59,586 nt of DNA from Candidatus Chloroploca sp. Khr17 (lineage in GTDB: Bacteria > Chloroflexota > Chloroflexia > Chloroflexales > Chloroflexaceae), in assembly GCF_004138165.1 (NCBI RefSeq), contig NZ_RYFF01000020.1, forward strand, positions 33,982 through 93,567. The letters are read 5' to 3'. A program made the translations under genes and the position numbers. Shown here piece after piece: positions 25,938 to 35,600 of this stretch. Numbering within the stretch: position 1 is the first letter of the stretch; the number at the start of each line of letters is the position of its first letter. The notes beneath the pieces are model-generated. The model saw only the letters and a program-made list of their open reading frames with translations, made no database searches and was not told the origin of the DNA.

Positions 25938-28157
25938 ATGCAACGCACATCGCTTTTCGGGGTGATTATTGGTGGCTTGTTGCTCGTGCTGACGATCACG
26001 ATGGTGGCGGCCCAGGCCGGTTTTGGCTTGCCGTGGGTAGCGGTCAGTGGTGGCGGCGGCACGAGTAGCAGCGGCTCGTTTGCGGTTCAAGGTTCGGTTG
26101 CATATGACAGTAGCCCACCCCTGAGCAGTGGCGTCTACACGCTGACCGGCGGTTTCTGGCCCGGCCTCAATGACGAGGCCCCGATGTTGAGTGCCGTCGA
26201 GCCCACGGCAGCGCGCAGTGTGGTGCCAGTTGCGTTGGCGCTGACGGGCAACTATTTTCAAGTTGGGGCGACCGTGACGCTCGGCACGACGGCGCTGGAA
26301 AATGTGACGACGATCAGCGCCTCGCGCATCGAAGCGGTGATCCCCGCCGGGGTAGCTGCCGGGGTCTACGCGCTTGAGGTGCGCAACCCCGACGGGCAGA
26401 GTGTCACGCTTGATGATGCCTTTACCGTCGAATTGCCCAACCTGCGCATTTTGCAAGTCCAACCTGATCAGGGTGCCAATCAGCAACCCGTCGAGATTGT
26501 CATTGCCGGCGAGGATTTCTCGCCAGCGGCTGAGGTTCGGCTTGGTGAAACGCCGCTGACCGTCATCCACGATAGCACGACCCGCATGCGCGCAACGGTG
26601 CCGGCTGGACTTGACCCGCAGGCCTATCCATTGACCGTGATCACGCCCGGGGTCGCTCAGGCAACGCTTGAGAATGCCTATACCGTCGTGGTACAGGCTT
26701 CAGCGGGGGCCGACAATTTTGAGCCAGACAATACCTGTGCGACCGCAAAAACGATTAGCATTGACGGCGTCGCCCAGGCGCGCACGTTTCATCGTACCGA
26801 AGATGTTGACTGGGTCGCCTTCAGCGCCGAAGCAGGACGGCGCTATCTACTGGTAGCTCGCCCACCCGCAGGTTCCCCCGCCAGTCTTGCGGTCGAACTG
26901 TATGATCGGTGCGAGAGCGACCCAACAGGTGGGCAGAATAACACCTTTAGCAACGGCGTCAGCATCTCGTTTGATGCTGCAATCACAGGCACGATCTACC
27001 TCAAGGTGATCAACCGCGATCCAAGCATCTTCGGATCAGAGGTCGCGTACGACCTCTCGGTGCGCGATCTCACGACGATCACCACCGCTGAGGCGCGAGG
27101 TGCAGTGATCATTGTTGCTGGCAAGTTGCGCGACAATGATGATGTGCAACAGCAGATCCACGGGGTCGCACGCAATGCCTATCAACTCTTCCGCGCCAGC
27201 GGGTATGACGACGATCATATTCAGGTACTGGCGACTGATCCAACGCTGGATGGGTACGATGCCCCGGCCACGCTCACGAACCTGCGCAACGCGATCACCA
27301 GCTGGGCGCGTGAACGGGTCGTCTCGAGTAGCCCCCTGACCATCTACATGGTTGGCCATGGTGACGAAAATCGTTTCTATGTTGATGAGACTGCGGGGCA
27401 GCAGCGTCTCGAACCCGAGCAACTCAACGAGTGGCTGAATCAACTCGAAACAGCCCGCCCCGGACTCAAGGTCAATCTGATCATCGAAGCCTGTTTCGCC
27501 GGCAGCTTCATTCTCGACCCGGGCAGCCTCAGCAAAGTCGGGCGGGTGGTCATCGCCTCATCGCCTGCCGACAACGTGGCCTATGCCTCGCCCGAGGGGG
27601 CCTATTTCTCGGATACCTTCCTTGCGTCACTCGCCTCATACAGTCTCTACGAGAGCTTTCTTGACGGCAAAGCGATTGCCCGTGCGACCTATCCCGACCA
27701 GATCGCCTGGCTGGACGATAACGGGAATCGGGTGCCGAACGAAGCCGCCGACGGGCAAGAAGCGCAGCAGCGGAGTTTTGCGCTTGCAACCCTGAGTGAC
27801 GATCTCAACTTCCGCCCGCTCATTGTCGAAGCGACCTTTGTGCGCACCGAGGGCAGCAATGGTACCATCAGTGCGGTGGTACGCGACGATCATGGCGTCG
27901 AAGAGGTCTTTGCCCAGATCTTCCCACCCTCATACCAACCACCCGATCCACAGTCAGGGCTGGTCACGGTAGCCGTACCCTTTGTCACCCTGACCCCGCT
28001 GGGCAATGATCGGTACAGCGTAAGCTACGACGGCTTCACCGAAGAAGGTGACTATCGCCTTGTCATCCAGGCCCGCGACAATGACGGATCCAATGCCTTG
28101 CCCGCTATTGCCACCACGGGCGGGCAGCGGGTCTATTTGCCATTGACGATCAGGTAG
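25938..28157 (+). CDS. Secreted clan-CD, legumain (C13)-like cysteine peptidase with IPT/TIG-like and PPC-like domains.
   Basis: ATG 25938 gives the signal peptide 'LFGVIIGGLLLVLTITMVAAQA'. Two 'P..A.....V.V.LTG..F' IPT-like units. 'FEPDNTCATAKTISIDG...DVDWVAFSA' is PPC-like. 'YMVGHGD' (~27354) and 'IIEACFAGSF' (~27486) match the C13 His/Cys motifs. Ends ...RVYLPLTIR*. Confidence 0.7.
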   Translation: MQRTSLFGVIIGGLLLVLTITMVAAQAGFGLPWVAVSGGGGTSSSGSFAVQGSVAYDSSPPLSSGVYTLTGGFWPGLNDEAPMLSAVEPTAARSVVPVALALTGNYFQVGATVTLGTTALENVTTISASRIEAVIPAGVAAGVYALEVRNPDGQSVTLDDAFTVELPNLRILQVQPDQGANQQPVEIVIAGEDFSPAAEVRLGETPLTVIHDSTTRMRATVPAGLDPQAYPLTVITPGVAQATLENAYTVVVQASAGADNFEPDNTCATAKTISIDGVAQARTFHRTEDVDWVAFSAEAGRRYLLVARPPAGSPASLAVELYDRCESDPTGGQNNTFSNGVSISFDAAITGTIYLKVINRDPSIFGSEVAYDLSVRDLTTITTAEARGAVIIVAGKLRDNDDVQQQIHGVARNAYQLFRASGYDDDHIQVLATDPTLDGYDAPATLTNLRNAITSWARERVVSSSPLTIYMVGHGDENRFYVDETAGQQRLEPEQLNEWLNQLETARPGLKVNLIIEACFAGSFILDPGSLSKVGRVVIASSPADNVAYASPEGAYFSDTFLASLASYSLYESFLDGKAIARATYPDQIAWLDDNGNRVPNEAADGQEAQQRSFALATLSDDLNFRPLIVEATFVRTEGSNGTISAVVRDDHGVEEVFAQIFPPSYQPPDPQSGLVTVAVPFVTLTPLGNDRYSVSYDGFTEEGDYRLVIQARDNDGSNALPAIATTGGQRVYLPLTIR

Positions 28158-28190
28158 GGGCACGGCGGTGCCATGACCCAACGGAAGAAT

Positions 28191-28199
28191 TGGTATAAT
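28191..28199 (+). promoter_or_regulatory. Extended -10 element (TGgTATAAT) upstream of the membrane-protein gene.
   Basis: 'tggtataat' at 28191-28199, about 100 nt upstream of ATG 28300. It is preceded by a small hairpin 'ggcacggcggtgcc' after the previous stop. No clear -35 element. Confidence 0.35.
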
Positions 28200-28299
28200 A
28201 GAGCCATGGCGTTCGCACCCCTTACGCGGGGATGGAAAAGGTGGTATGTGTGTGCTCGTGGCTCTGCCACGAGCACGCACATACCACCTTCACAATGAT

Positions 28300-30030
28300 A
28301 TGTTCTATGCGATTGGCGTGCTTGTTCGGGCACGTTTGCAGATCACACGCAATAATCTCATCCGAAGCTCGCTCGGCAACAAAATTGGCCTGGCTTTCCT
28401 CTTGGTGTTAGGCAGCCTGGCGATGTTGGGGCTCTATAGTTTCACCCGTTTTACGGTGAGCCTTTTACGCGATCCTGAGTTCGCGGCGCTTTTGCGTGAG
28501 GCCGCCGAGACGACCCCCGGGTTGCCTACGGCGATCGCGCCGTTGCTGGCGGCTGTGCCGAGCATGATTATGCTCATAGCGCTGACCCTGCTGATCTTTT
28601 CCAGTTTTACCAGTCTGCTCAATTCCCTCTATTTGGCGGGTGATCTTGATATGTTGCTGGTCGCGCCGGTGCCGATGCGGGCGGTCTTTGTGGTGAAGTT
28701 TTTTGGTGGTTTGCTCACGCAGTATCTCATCCTCTTTGTGCTGCTCGCCCCCGTGCTCGTTGGCTATGGGCATGGGATGGCCTACGGGTTTTTCTATCTC
28801 GTCAGTGTCTTGGTAGCCTTGCTCGTGGTGCCTTTTTTGCCGGCGGGGTTGGGGGCGATGCTGGTGATGGGTGTGGTTCGCATCATCCCCGCCCGTCGCG
28901 CCCGCGAGTTGGTGAGCATCCTGGGCGGGCTCATCGGGGTGACGTTCTTTCTCTTGTCGCAGTTCAGTCGACAATTCATCGCTTCAGTTGCTGGCCCCGA
29001 TACACTTGCCCTGCTGTTGCTCCTTGATATGCCGCTGTTGCCCTCGACCTGGGCAGGCCGTGCGCTCGTGGCGTCCGGCGAAGGTCAGTGGCTGACTCTG
29101 CTCGGGTATGGTTCGCTCTTTCTGGGCACGTCGCTGGCTGTTTTTGCCGCCTGTCTGGTGCTGGCTGAACGACTCTACTATGATGGCTGGAGCAACCTCG
29201 CCAATCAGGGGGGCAAGCTACGGGCGCGCAAGGCGATCGAGCGGAACGCCTGGCTGCCGGGGCGCACCCTGGTCGCGCGGCTCCTCCCGAGTGAAGCCCG
29301 GGCGCTGCTCGCCAAAGATCTGCGGCTCTTTTTTCGCGATTTGCGCAATCTACAGGCGCTCATCTTTCCGCTTGCGCTCGCCGGGATCTGGACGTTCCAG
29401 GCGCTGACCACGCCAAATACGCTTGAGTCCCCCGCCGTCGCGTGGGCGCTCCCATTTGTGCAACTGCTCAGTGCTGGCATTGCTTTTTTCATCTGTCTCA
29501 GCATTTCAAGCGTGCTTGCCGGTACCGGGATCAGCCGCGAGGGCAAGGCCTTCTGGCTCCTCAAACTTGCCCCGATCAGCGCCAGCAGGCTCTTGCTTGG
29601 CAAGATGACCCTGGCCTTCCTGCCCTTTCCGGTGATCGGGACGGCCTTTCTGTTGATTCTGGCGCTGGTTGGGCATCAATCGCCTGGCATCTTCGTGCAG
29701 CAGTGGGTTCTCTTGATGCTCGTAGGGCTCGGCTGCGCCGCCTTTGGCATCGGCCTCGGCGCGGCGTTCCCCCGGCTCGACTGGGAAAATCCACAGCAAC
29801 AGGCGACCTGGCAGAGCGGGTGCCTCAGCACGATCTTCTACCCGCTCTACCTCGGGTTGATGCTGCTGCTCGTCGCGGGTAGCGGGTCGCTCGGTGTGGT
29901 GCTTGGCGGCGGCGTCGCCGGCTTTGGCATCCAGCTCACTGGCTGGTCGGCTGCCGCGATCGTTACGCTGGGTGTGATCTGGAGTGGTCTGAAGATCGGG
30001 GTAAAAGGGTTAGACCGGATCGAATTGTAG
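28300..30030 (+). CDS. Polytopic integral membrane protein (10 or more predicted TM helices), ABC-2/exporter-permease-like, function unknown.
   Basis: Start taken at ATG 28300 ('MFYAIGVLVRARLQITRNNL'), downstream of an imperfect hairpin that covers the earlier ATG 28246. The protein has long hydrophobic segments throughout. No adjacent ATPase gene. Confidence 0.6.
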   Translation: MFYAIGVLVRARLQITRNNLIRSSLGNKIGLAFLLVLGSLAMLGLYSFTRFTVSLLRDPEFAALLREAAETTPGLPTAIAPLLAAVPSMIMLIALTLLIFSSFTSLLNSLYLAGDLDMLLVAPVPMRAVFVVKFFGGLLTQYLILFVLLAPVLVGYGHGMAYGFFYLVSVLVALLVVPFLPAGLGAMLVMGVVRIIPARRARELVSILGGLIGVTFFLLSQFSRQFIASVAGPDTLALLLLLDMPLLPSTWAGRALVASGEGQWLTLLGYGSLFLGTSLAVFAACLVLAERLYYDGWSNLANQGGKLRARKAIERNAWLPGRTLVARLLPSEARALLAKDLRLFFRDLRNLQALIFPLALAGIWTFQALTTPNTLESPAVAWALPFVQLLSAGIAFFICLSISSVLAGTGISREGKAFWLLKLAPISASRLLLGKMTLAFLPFPVIGTAFLLILALVGHQSPGIFVQQWVLLMLVGLGCAAFGIGLGAAFPRLDWENPQQQATWQSGCLSTIFYPLYLGLMLLLVAGSGSLGVVLGGGVAGFGIQLTGWSAAAIVTLGVIWSGLKIGVKGLDRIEL

Positions 30031-30091
30031 CGTCGCATTTCGCATGGCCCACAAGCCAGTGACGCCGCGAGCAACCGGGCGGGCACCCGTC

Positions 30092-30319
30092 AGACCTCAC
30101 AGGTCTTGCAGACCTGTGAGGTCTCGCCCGTGTTACCCATACCGGATTATGTACTGAAAACCATAAGTAGTTTGGAACTAAATCTCCCGGTAGCGCCGCC
30201 GACCACGAAGAACCCTCACGAATATACGAAGCCAGGCTTTGTGACGCAATTATTCGTTGTTTCGTGGCCCCAATTCGTGGACGGCAACACCCTTTGCGCC
30301 TTTGCGCCTTTGCGTCAAA
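30092..30319. repeat. Composite interspersed repeat with three modules: a palindrome, an inverted-repeat 'ccgaccacgaa ... ttcgtgg.cgg' element, and a 'gcgcctttgcgtcaaa' module.
   Basis: The palindrome is 'agacctcacaggtct tgc agacctgtgaggtct' (30092-30124). 'gcgccgccgaccacgaagaaccctcacgaata...attcgttgtttcgtggccccaattcgtggacggc' spans 30193-30285. 'ccctttgcgcctttgcgcctttgcgtcaaat' spans 30290-30319. Each module recurs elsewhere in the window. Confidence 0.85.
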
Positions 30320-30324
30320 TCATC

Positions 30325-31791
30325 TCAGAGACTCGTCACCAAGCCGGGTCGTACGATCACATTCTGCCAGACTTGCTGGCGATCATTCTGCGTTACGACG
30401 ACCGTGTAGCTCCCTGGGGGCAATTCAACGGCCCCAAACCAGCCATCGGCGCTGGCGGTAAGATCGCGCAGCCAGGTGCCTTCGTGGATGAGCGTAACCC
30501 GCGCATCGGGCGTGAGCACGCCGTCAATGGCGGCCATGCCTTGCAGATGGCCGGCGGTCGGGGCGACGATCCAGGGCCAGTCGGGGGCGCGGGCTGGTTG
30601 GGCAAAGACGGTGGCGCGCAGTTGATCCATAAAAGCCCGGCGCGACTCGTCATTGCTGCCGGCAAAGGCCCCTGCATACGAAAAGAAGGCGACCCCAGAG
30701 AGCACGCGCCCTTGCTCATCAGGCGTCAATGCACGGGCAACCTGGCTGATATTCTGCTCGGGCGTATTAAGCCACGAGCCGATCCCAGCGACAATCGTGC
30801 GCCGTCCAGTATTGGCGCGATCAAAAGCCAGCCAGCCATCGTACCACTCACGTGAACGCGGCACGCCTTCGGCAAAATAGTGCATCGGGATCGCCACGTC
30901 AATGATGCCCTCGGCCAACCAGGCAGGCCAATCTTGAAAAACTGTGCTATAGGCCGACGAACGCCCCCAGTTGCCATCGTTGCCCAGGCTCCCCCAGGTA
31001 ATCGTGGCTGCACTCACCTCGATGGATGGCTTGATCGCCTTGGCCCGTAGATAGAGCCGTCGCGCCAGTTCGGTGACACGATCCCGCCGCCACTGGCTCC
31101 ACGCCGGATCACTCGGCTCTGGCCGGCTGTTGAGCGGGCGGCCCGTCGCCCGGTTGAAGCGCTCGACGCTCACCTGATTGTAGCCATAGCTTTGCCCCCC
31201 AAAACGAATATAATCCCAGTGGAGGCCATCGAGCGTAGGGTACGCCCGCAGCAGATGTTCGACCACCCGCTCGGTATGGATAATCGCCTCGGGATGCCCA
31301 AAATCAAAATCGCCGATCTGCTGCCCCGCATACGTCGCCGTCGTCCAGCGGGCCGTGCCCTGCGCCCGTGGGCCGTGGGCAGTACAGACATGATCCGGAT
31401 GGCCCCAGAGCCGATCCGAGGTACGACAGACAACCGAAACGACCAGCCATGCATGAACGCGCAACCCCTCTTCGTGGGCGCGAGCCAGCAAATAGCCAAG
31501 CGGATCAAACTCGGCGGCAGGGGCGAGGCGCGGATCGGCCGCCCGGGGTTCGATGGCATTGTTATACCAGGCGTCCCCGTGGCGACGCACCTGCACAATG
31601 ATCGTATTGGCCCCGGCCCGCTTCACATTCGCCACCAACTCATCGACCTGCGGATGATTATGGAAACCGGGATTGAGACTATCAACCCAAAAGGCCCGCA
31701 TCTGCTGCACCGGCTCTTGTGCCTGTACCCCCGGGGTGGGCAACGCCGTGATCAGCAGCACGAACACGAGCAACGAAAGAATGAATCGCAT
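30325..31791 (-). CDS. Secreted GHL10-type (glycoside hydrolase-like family 10, DUF187/YngK-like) protein with a C-terminal CarboxypepD_reg-like domain.
   Basis: ATG 31791 gives the signal peptide 'MRFILSLLVFVLLITALPTPGVQAQ'. 'MRAFWVDSLNPGFHN..QVDELVANVKRAGANTIIVQVRRHGDAWY' and 'GLRVHAW' are typical of the family as I remember it. Confidence 0.7.
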   Translation of the reverse strand: MRFILSLLVFVLLITALPTPGVQAQEPVQQMRAFWVDSLNPGFHNHPQVDELVANVKRAGANTIIVQVRRHGDAWYNNAIEPRAADPRLAPAAEFDPLGYLLARAHEEGLRVHAWLVVSVVCRTSDRLWGHPDHVCTAHGPRAQGTARWTTATYAGQQIGDFDFGHPEAIIHTERVVEHLLRAYPTLDGLHWDYIRFGGQSYGYNQVSVERFNRATGRPLNSRPEPSDPAWSQWRRDRVTELARRLYLRAKAIKPSIEVSAATITWGSLGNDGNWGRSSAYSTVFQDWPAWLAEGIIDVAIPMHYFAEGVPRSREWYDGWLAFDRANTGRRTIVAGIGSWLNTPEQNISQVARALTPDEQGRVLSGVAFFSYAGAFAGSNDESRRAFMDQLRATVFAQPARAPDWPWIVAPTAGHLQGMAAIDGVLTPDARVTLIHEGTWLRDLTASADGWFGAVELPPGSYTVVVTQNDRQQVWQNVIVRPGLVTSL

Positions 31792-31870
31792 AGAGATTAG
31801 CCTTTGCGCCAAATCATTACAAAACGTACGTTACAGGCTACTTACTGGTCTGTCAACAGAGTTTTCCGAT

Positions 31871-31964
31871 AGCACCGCCGACCACGAATACTGATCACGA
31901 AGAAACGAATATGGGCGTTGCGGTGCGGTATTCGTTTCTTCGTGCCCCCAATTCGTGGACGGCT
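31871..31964. repeat. Second copy of the 'caccgccgaccacgaat ... attcgtggacggc' inverted-repeat element.
   Basis: 'agcaccgccgaccacgaatactgatcacgaagaaacgaatatgggcg...ttcgtgcccccaattcgtggacggc'. It is closely similar to 59219-59307 and 30193-30285. Confidence 0.85.
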
Positions 31965-32000
31965 GAGGACGCCAGAAAACTTAATTCACAAACTACGTAC

Positions 32001-34742
32001 CTACCCGGTTGAACCGAGCCCATCCGCAATCGCGTTGACCGTCAGCAACAGCCGGGTGAGCAAGGTGGCGTCGACTTCAGTGCCTGTGGCCCGCTTGGTG
32101 CGCCACTCACCGAGCAACGTGACTTGCTGACGGTGCAACAGGCGTAGCCCCGGCGTACGAACCTGGATCATGGCATGGACGTTGGGCCGTCGCTGGTCCA
32201 GCGGTGCGCCATAGATCTCTTCCAGAAGCGTGACGGTGCGGTCGTACTCGGTCAAAATGATCTTCTCCAAGCGTTCGCGTAGTGCGCGCTCTTCGACAAG
32301 ATCGCTGTACCAGCCCATAACTTCAGTATCGGCGGTAGCGACGCTGGTAGCTGCGTTGCTGAGGATGTAGTGCAGGGGTGCCCAGGTAATCAGGTGTTCG
32401 CTCAGCGCCGCAAAAGCCGCTTGATCTTCACTTTTCAACCGTTCGAGGGCGCTTCCAACTCCATACCACCCAGGCAGAAAAAAGCGCGCCTGGCTCCAAC
32501 TAAAGACCCACGGGATCGCGCGCAAGTCAGCCAGGGTAGCCTGACCAGACCGACGGGCCGGGCGCGAGCCAATCCGGCTCTCTTCCAACACATCGACGGG
32601 CGTGGCCTGACGATAAAAGCGCAGGAATCCGTCACTACTCAGCAGCGTCGTATAGGCCTCACGACTCCAAGCGGCTAGGCGATCCATCGCCGGTTCGAGC
32701 GGATGGGTTGTCGCCGTACCGAACCGCTCACGCATTGTGGTACGGGTGACACCAGCCAGAAACAGCTCAAGGTTGTAGCTTGCCGTGACGGGGTTGGCAT
32801 ATTTTTGCGCAATCGTCTCACCCTGTTCGGTAATGCGCACATCGCCACCAACTGATCCGGCGGGTAGCGCCTTGAGGAAGCGATGCGTCGGCCCGGCCCC
32901 TCGACTGATCGTGCCACCGCGCCCGTGGAAAAAGCGAATCCGCACGCCCCGCGCCAGGCCGACGGCAGCGAGGGCCGCCTGAGCACGATAGAGCGCCCAC
33001 AGGCTCGCGATCAGGCCCCCATCTTTGTTACTGTCACTATAGCCAATCATCACCTGCTGGATAAGATCCGCCGCGCCGGTCTGGCGCCGTTGCTCTTCCA
33101 GACTGCGCTGGGTCATTGGATGATCGAGAAAGGCTGCAAGAATGCTCGGGCTGCGCTCGAGATCTTCAATCGTCTCGAAGAGGGGCACCACCGACAGCGG
33201 GCAGGCAAGACCATCCGGGGTCGCAACGAGCAAGCCGGTCTCACGCGCAAAGAGATAGACGGTGAGCAAGTCAGCGACATTGCGGGTCATGCTGACGATA
33301 AGCCCGCCCAGACCCGCCGCGCCATAGGTGTGCAAGGCAATCCGGATCGCCCGATAACTACTGAGGATCATATCGGCTTCGGTGCCGACGCCTGCTCGCG
33401 CACGGGTAAAAGGCCGTGGCGAAACGAGTTCGCGGGTCAACAGATCCATCCGACGTGCGACATCCCAGGTTGTCACATCATGATCAGCAAAACCGGCGGC
33501 AGCGAGCAATTGCGCAAGCGCACGGTCGTGAACCGCACTATTCTGGCGAATGTCGAGCCGCGCGAGGTGGAAGCCAAAGGTATGAACATTACGGATAACT
33601 GGTGTCACCAGATGCGCCACGAGGCTCCCTGCCCCGATCATCTCCAGGGACTGCGCGAGGATCTGCAGGTCGCGCACCAGTTCCTCGGCGCGCTGATAGA
33701 CGTGCGCCGCAGGAGCATCAGGGAGGCGTGCGAGCATCAGATTGATCCACTGACGCCACGGCTCATTGGGATTACGGGCAAGCGCGTGCGCCCCTCGTTC
33801 GCCCAATTGGGAGGCGGCGATCGTCATCTGATCGACCAAGAGCTGCGGGGCAGCCTGCAACTGATCAGAGAGACTCAAGTAGCTCGCCAGATCGCTCAAC
33901 TGGTCGTGGAGCAGACCAAGCGCCTGGCGGCGGAGCTCTGCAAGTGTCTCGGTTGTCACCTCGGCGGTCACCAGCGGATGCCCATCACGGTCGCCACCGA
34001 CCCAGGTACCAAACTGGAGCGACGGAAGGGCCTCGGGAGCCTGGAGCAGCGTCGGATTGAAACCAGCTGCTTGCCAAGCCTGGCGCACCCGTGCATCGAG
34101 CATAGGAAGAACGGAGGGAAAAACCGTCCGCAGATAATGAATAATATTGCGTCGCTCTGAAGCAACATCCGGCTTCGCGAGAAAGATCTCGCCGGTACGC
34201 CAGAGCGCAATCAGACGAATCACCGCCTCGTCACGGATCGCCTGCTGCTCATAGGGGGTCCAGTGCGGATTAGCGCGCTTGAGCAACAGCAGATAGAGAG
34301 CACGGTGATGTTCAAGCACCGTCGCACGTTTCGCCTCAGTCGGATGCGCCGTCAGCACAATCTCAACGCGCATCGTTGGCAACGCCGCAGCCAGCGCCGC
34401 CTCATCGAGGCCGTGGGCCTGTAACTGCGCCAACGCCTCACCCCAAAGCGCAGGCACCGCCGCGAGACCAGCGCGGGTCTCGGTCGTACGGCGATACTGT
34501 ACAGCAGCGCGTTGTTCAACCATACTCAACAACTGAAACGCGATCGAAAGCGCCTGCACCAACCGCTCGGGCGGCAAATCGGCGCGAGGAGGATCATCCT
34601 GCGGCGGCGTAATCCAGGGCAACACCCTAGCAAGATCCGGCTCACCAGAGTCAAGCAACGCCTCACGCAGACAATCCATCAGAAAAGAAAGCTCGTCGGA
34701 AAACGTCGCCGGATCAACGGTCGACAAATTCACCAGGGTCAT
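32001..34742 (-). CDS. ppc: Phosphoenolpyruvate carboxylase.
   Basis: ATG 34742 lies 8 nt after 'gggagga'. Motifs 'VLTAHPTE', 'GYSDSNKDGG', 'FHGRGGTISRGAGPTH', and C-terminus '...ADGLGSTG'. Confidence 0.93.
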   Translation of the reverse strand: MTLVNLSTVDPATFSDELSFLMDCLREALLDSGEPDLARVLPWITPPQDDPPRADLPPERLVQALSIAFQLLSMVEQRAAVQYRRTTETRAGLAAVPALWGEALAQLQAHGLDEAALAAALPTMRVEIVLTAHPTEAKRATVLEHHRALYLLLLKRANPHWTPYEQQAIRDEAVIRLIALWRTGEIFLAKPDVASERRNIIHYLRTVFPSVLPMLDARVRQAWQAAGFNPTLLQAPEALPSLQFGTWVGGDRDGHPLVTAEVTTETLAELRRQALGLLHDQLSDLASYLSLSDQLQAAPQLLVDQMTIAASQLGERGAHALARNPNEPWRQWINLMLARLPDAPAAHVYQRAEELVRDLQILAQSLEMIGAGSLVAHLVTPVIRNVHTFGFHLARLDIRQNSAVHDRALAQLLAAAGFADHDVTTWDVARRMDLLTRELVSPRPFTRARAGVGTEADMILSSYRAIRIALHTYGAAGLGGLIVSMTRNVADLLTVYLFARETGLLVATPDGLACPLSVVPLFETIEDLERSPSILAAFLDHPMTQRSLEEQRRQTGAADLIQQVMIGYSDSNKDGGLIASLWALYRAQAALAAVGLARGVRIRFFHGRGGTISRGAGPTHRFLKALPAGSVGGDVRITEQGETIAQKYANPVTASYNLELFLAGVTRTTMRERFGTATTHPLEPAMDRLAAWSREAYTTLLSSDGFLRFYRQATPVDVLEESRIGSRPARRSGQATLADLRAIPWVFSWSQARFFLPGWYGVGSALERLKSEDQAAFAALSEHLITWAPLHYILSNAATSVATADTEVMGWYSDLVEERALRERLEKIILTEYDRTVTLLEEIYGAPLDQRRPNVHAMIQVRTPGLRLLHRQQVTLLGEWRTKRATGTEVDATLLTRLLLTVNAIADGLGSTG

Positions 34743-34981
34743 AGGCACATCCTCCCGCAGTCAAACCGAGCGCAAAGGCACATCTCTCACGCTATGATGC
34801 CACATTCTGGTAGTTCATGCCAGGGGCATTTGCCTGGTGGGAGGGGCGGCAGGCACGAACAGAAGCTGACATCGCTGAGGTTGGAAGAGACCTGTTTCGT
34901 CGATTCGGCGCTGCACGAGAGTGAGTTGGATCTGGGACGAGTCATTCAAAGCCGAGCCAACGCAACAGTTGTTACGCTCCA

Positions 34982-35455
34982 TTATCCCGATGATCTTCTA
35001 TAAGGGGCGCAGTGCCTGGACGTATTCGCTGCAGTGACCGCCAGCGTCATGCCGATCAAACCAGCGGCGAGCAGCATCGCCGCTGGTTCCGGCAAAAAGA
35101 TCCAGGGGATCCCGCTCGCTGACAAGAAAAAGACCAGGATGAGCGGGATGCTGAGGATCACCAGGGCTGCAAAGGCGATCAACGCGATGGTCGCCAGGCT
35201 GTAGAGCGTTGGATCAACCGTTGCAATGACCAGCGCCGAACGCCATTGCGCACGCGAGGAGATATAGCTGAAGCCCAGGGCTACCAGGATGACCGCCATG
35301 AAGAGCCCGTGTGCCAGGGCGGTCGGCAAAAGTACCAAAATACCGAGACTTTCGTGGCCTCCGGGTTCGCCATCCGTAGAGAGCCCATAAATGCAATGCC
35401 TAATCCGGGGTGTGGCATCTTTATTGATGATGCCACACCCTCTCTGGATCGTCAT
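34982..35455 (-). CDS. Small hypothetical membrane protein (3-4 TM). The start is uncertain.
   Basis: Hydrophobic stretches 'LGILVLLPTALAHGLFMAVILVALGF', 'LYSLATIALIAFAALVILSIPLILVFFL' and 'AAMLLAAGLIGMTLAV'. No recognisable motif. Confidence 0.35.
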   Translation of the reverse strand: MTIQRGCGIINKDATPRIRHCIYGLSTDGEPGGHESLGILVLLPTALAHGLFMAVILVALGFSYISSRAQWRSALVIATVDPTLYSLATIALIAFAALVILSIPLILVFFLSASGIPWIFLPEPAAMLLAAGLIGMTLAVTAANTSRHCAPYRRSSG

Positions 35456-35600
35456 CGGCCCATTGCAACAACAAACTAGAGATAAGCTAACGGTAGCGTA
35501 ATGAGGACGTGTGCGTGTCTTTCACCATTCAGCAATCTCATTCGTGATGATCTTCTGCTTGTGGCGGTGGCCGACAACCAGAATTTTCTCTAGTCTCATG

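Noticed and set aside
30106-30855. 249-aa + strand ORF.
   Set aside because: It is antisense to the GHL10-like gene and begins inside the interspersed repeat. It has no motifs.
32883-34160. 425-aa + strand ORF.
   Set aside because: It is a shadow ORF antisense to ppc, whose identity is unambiguous.
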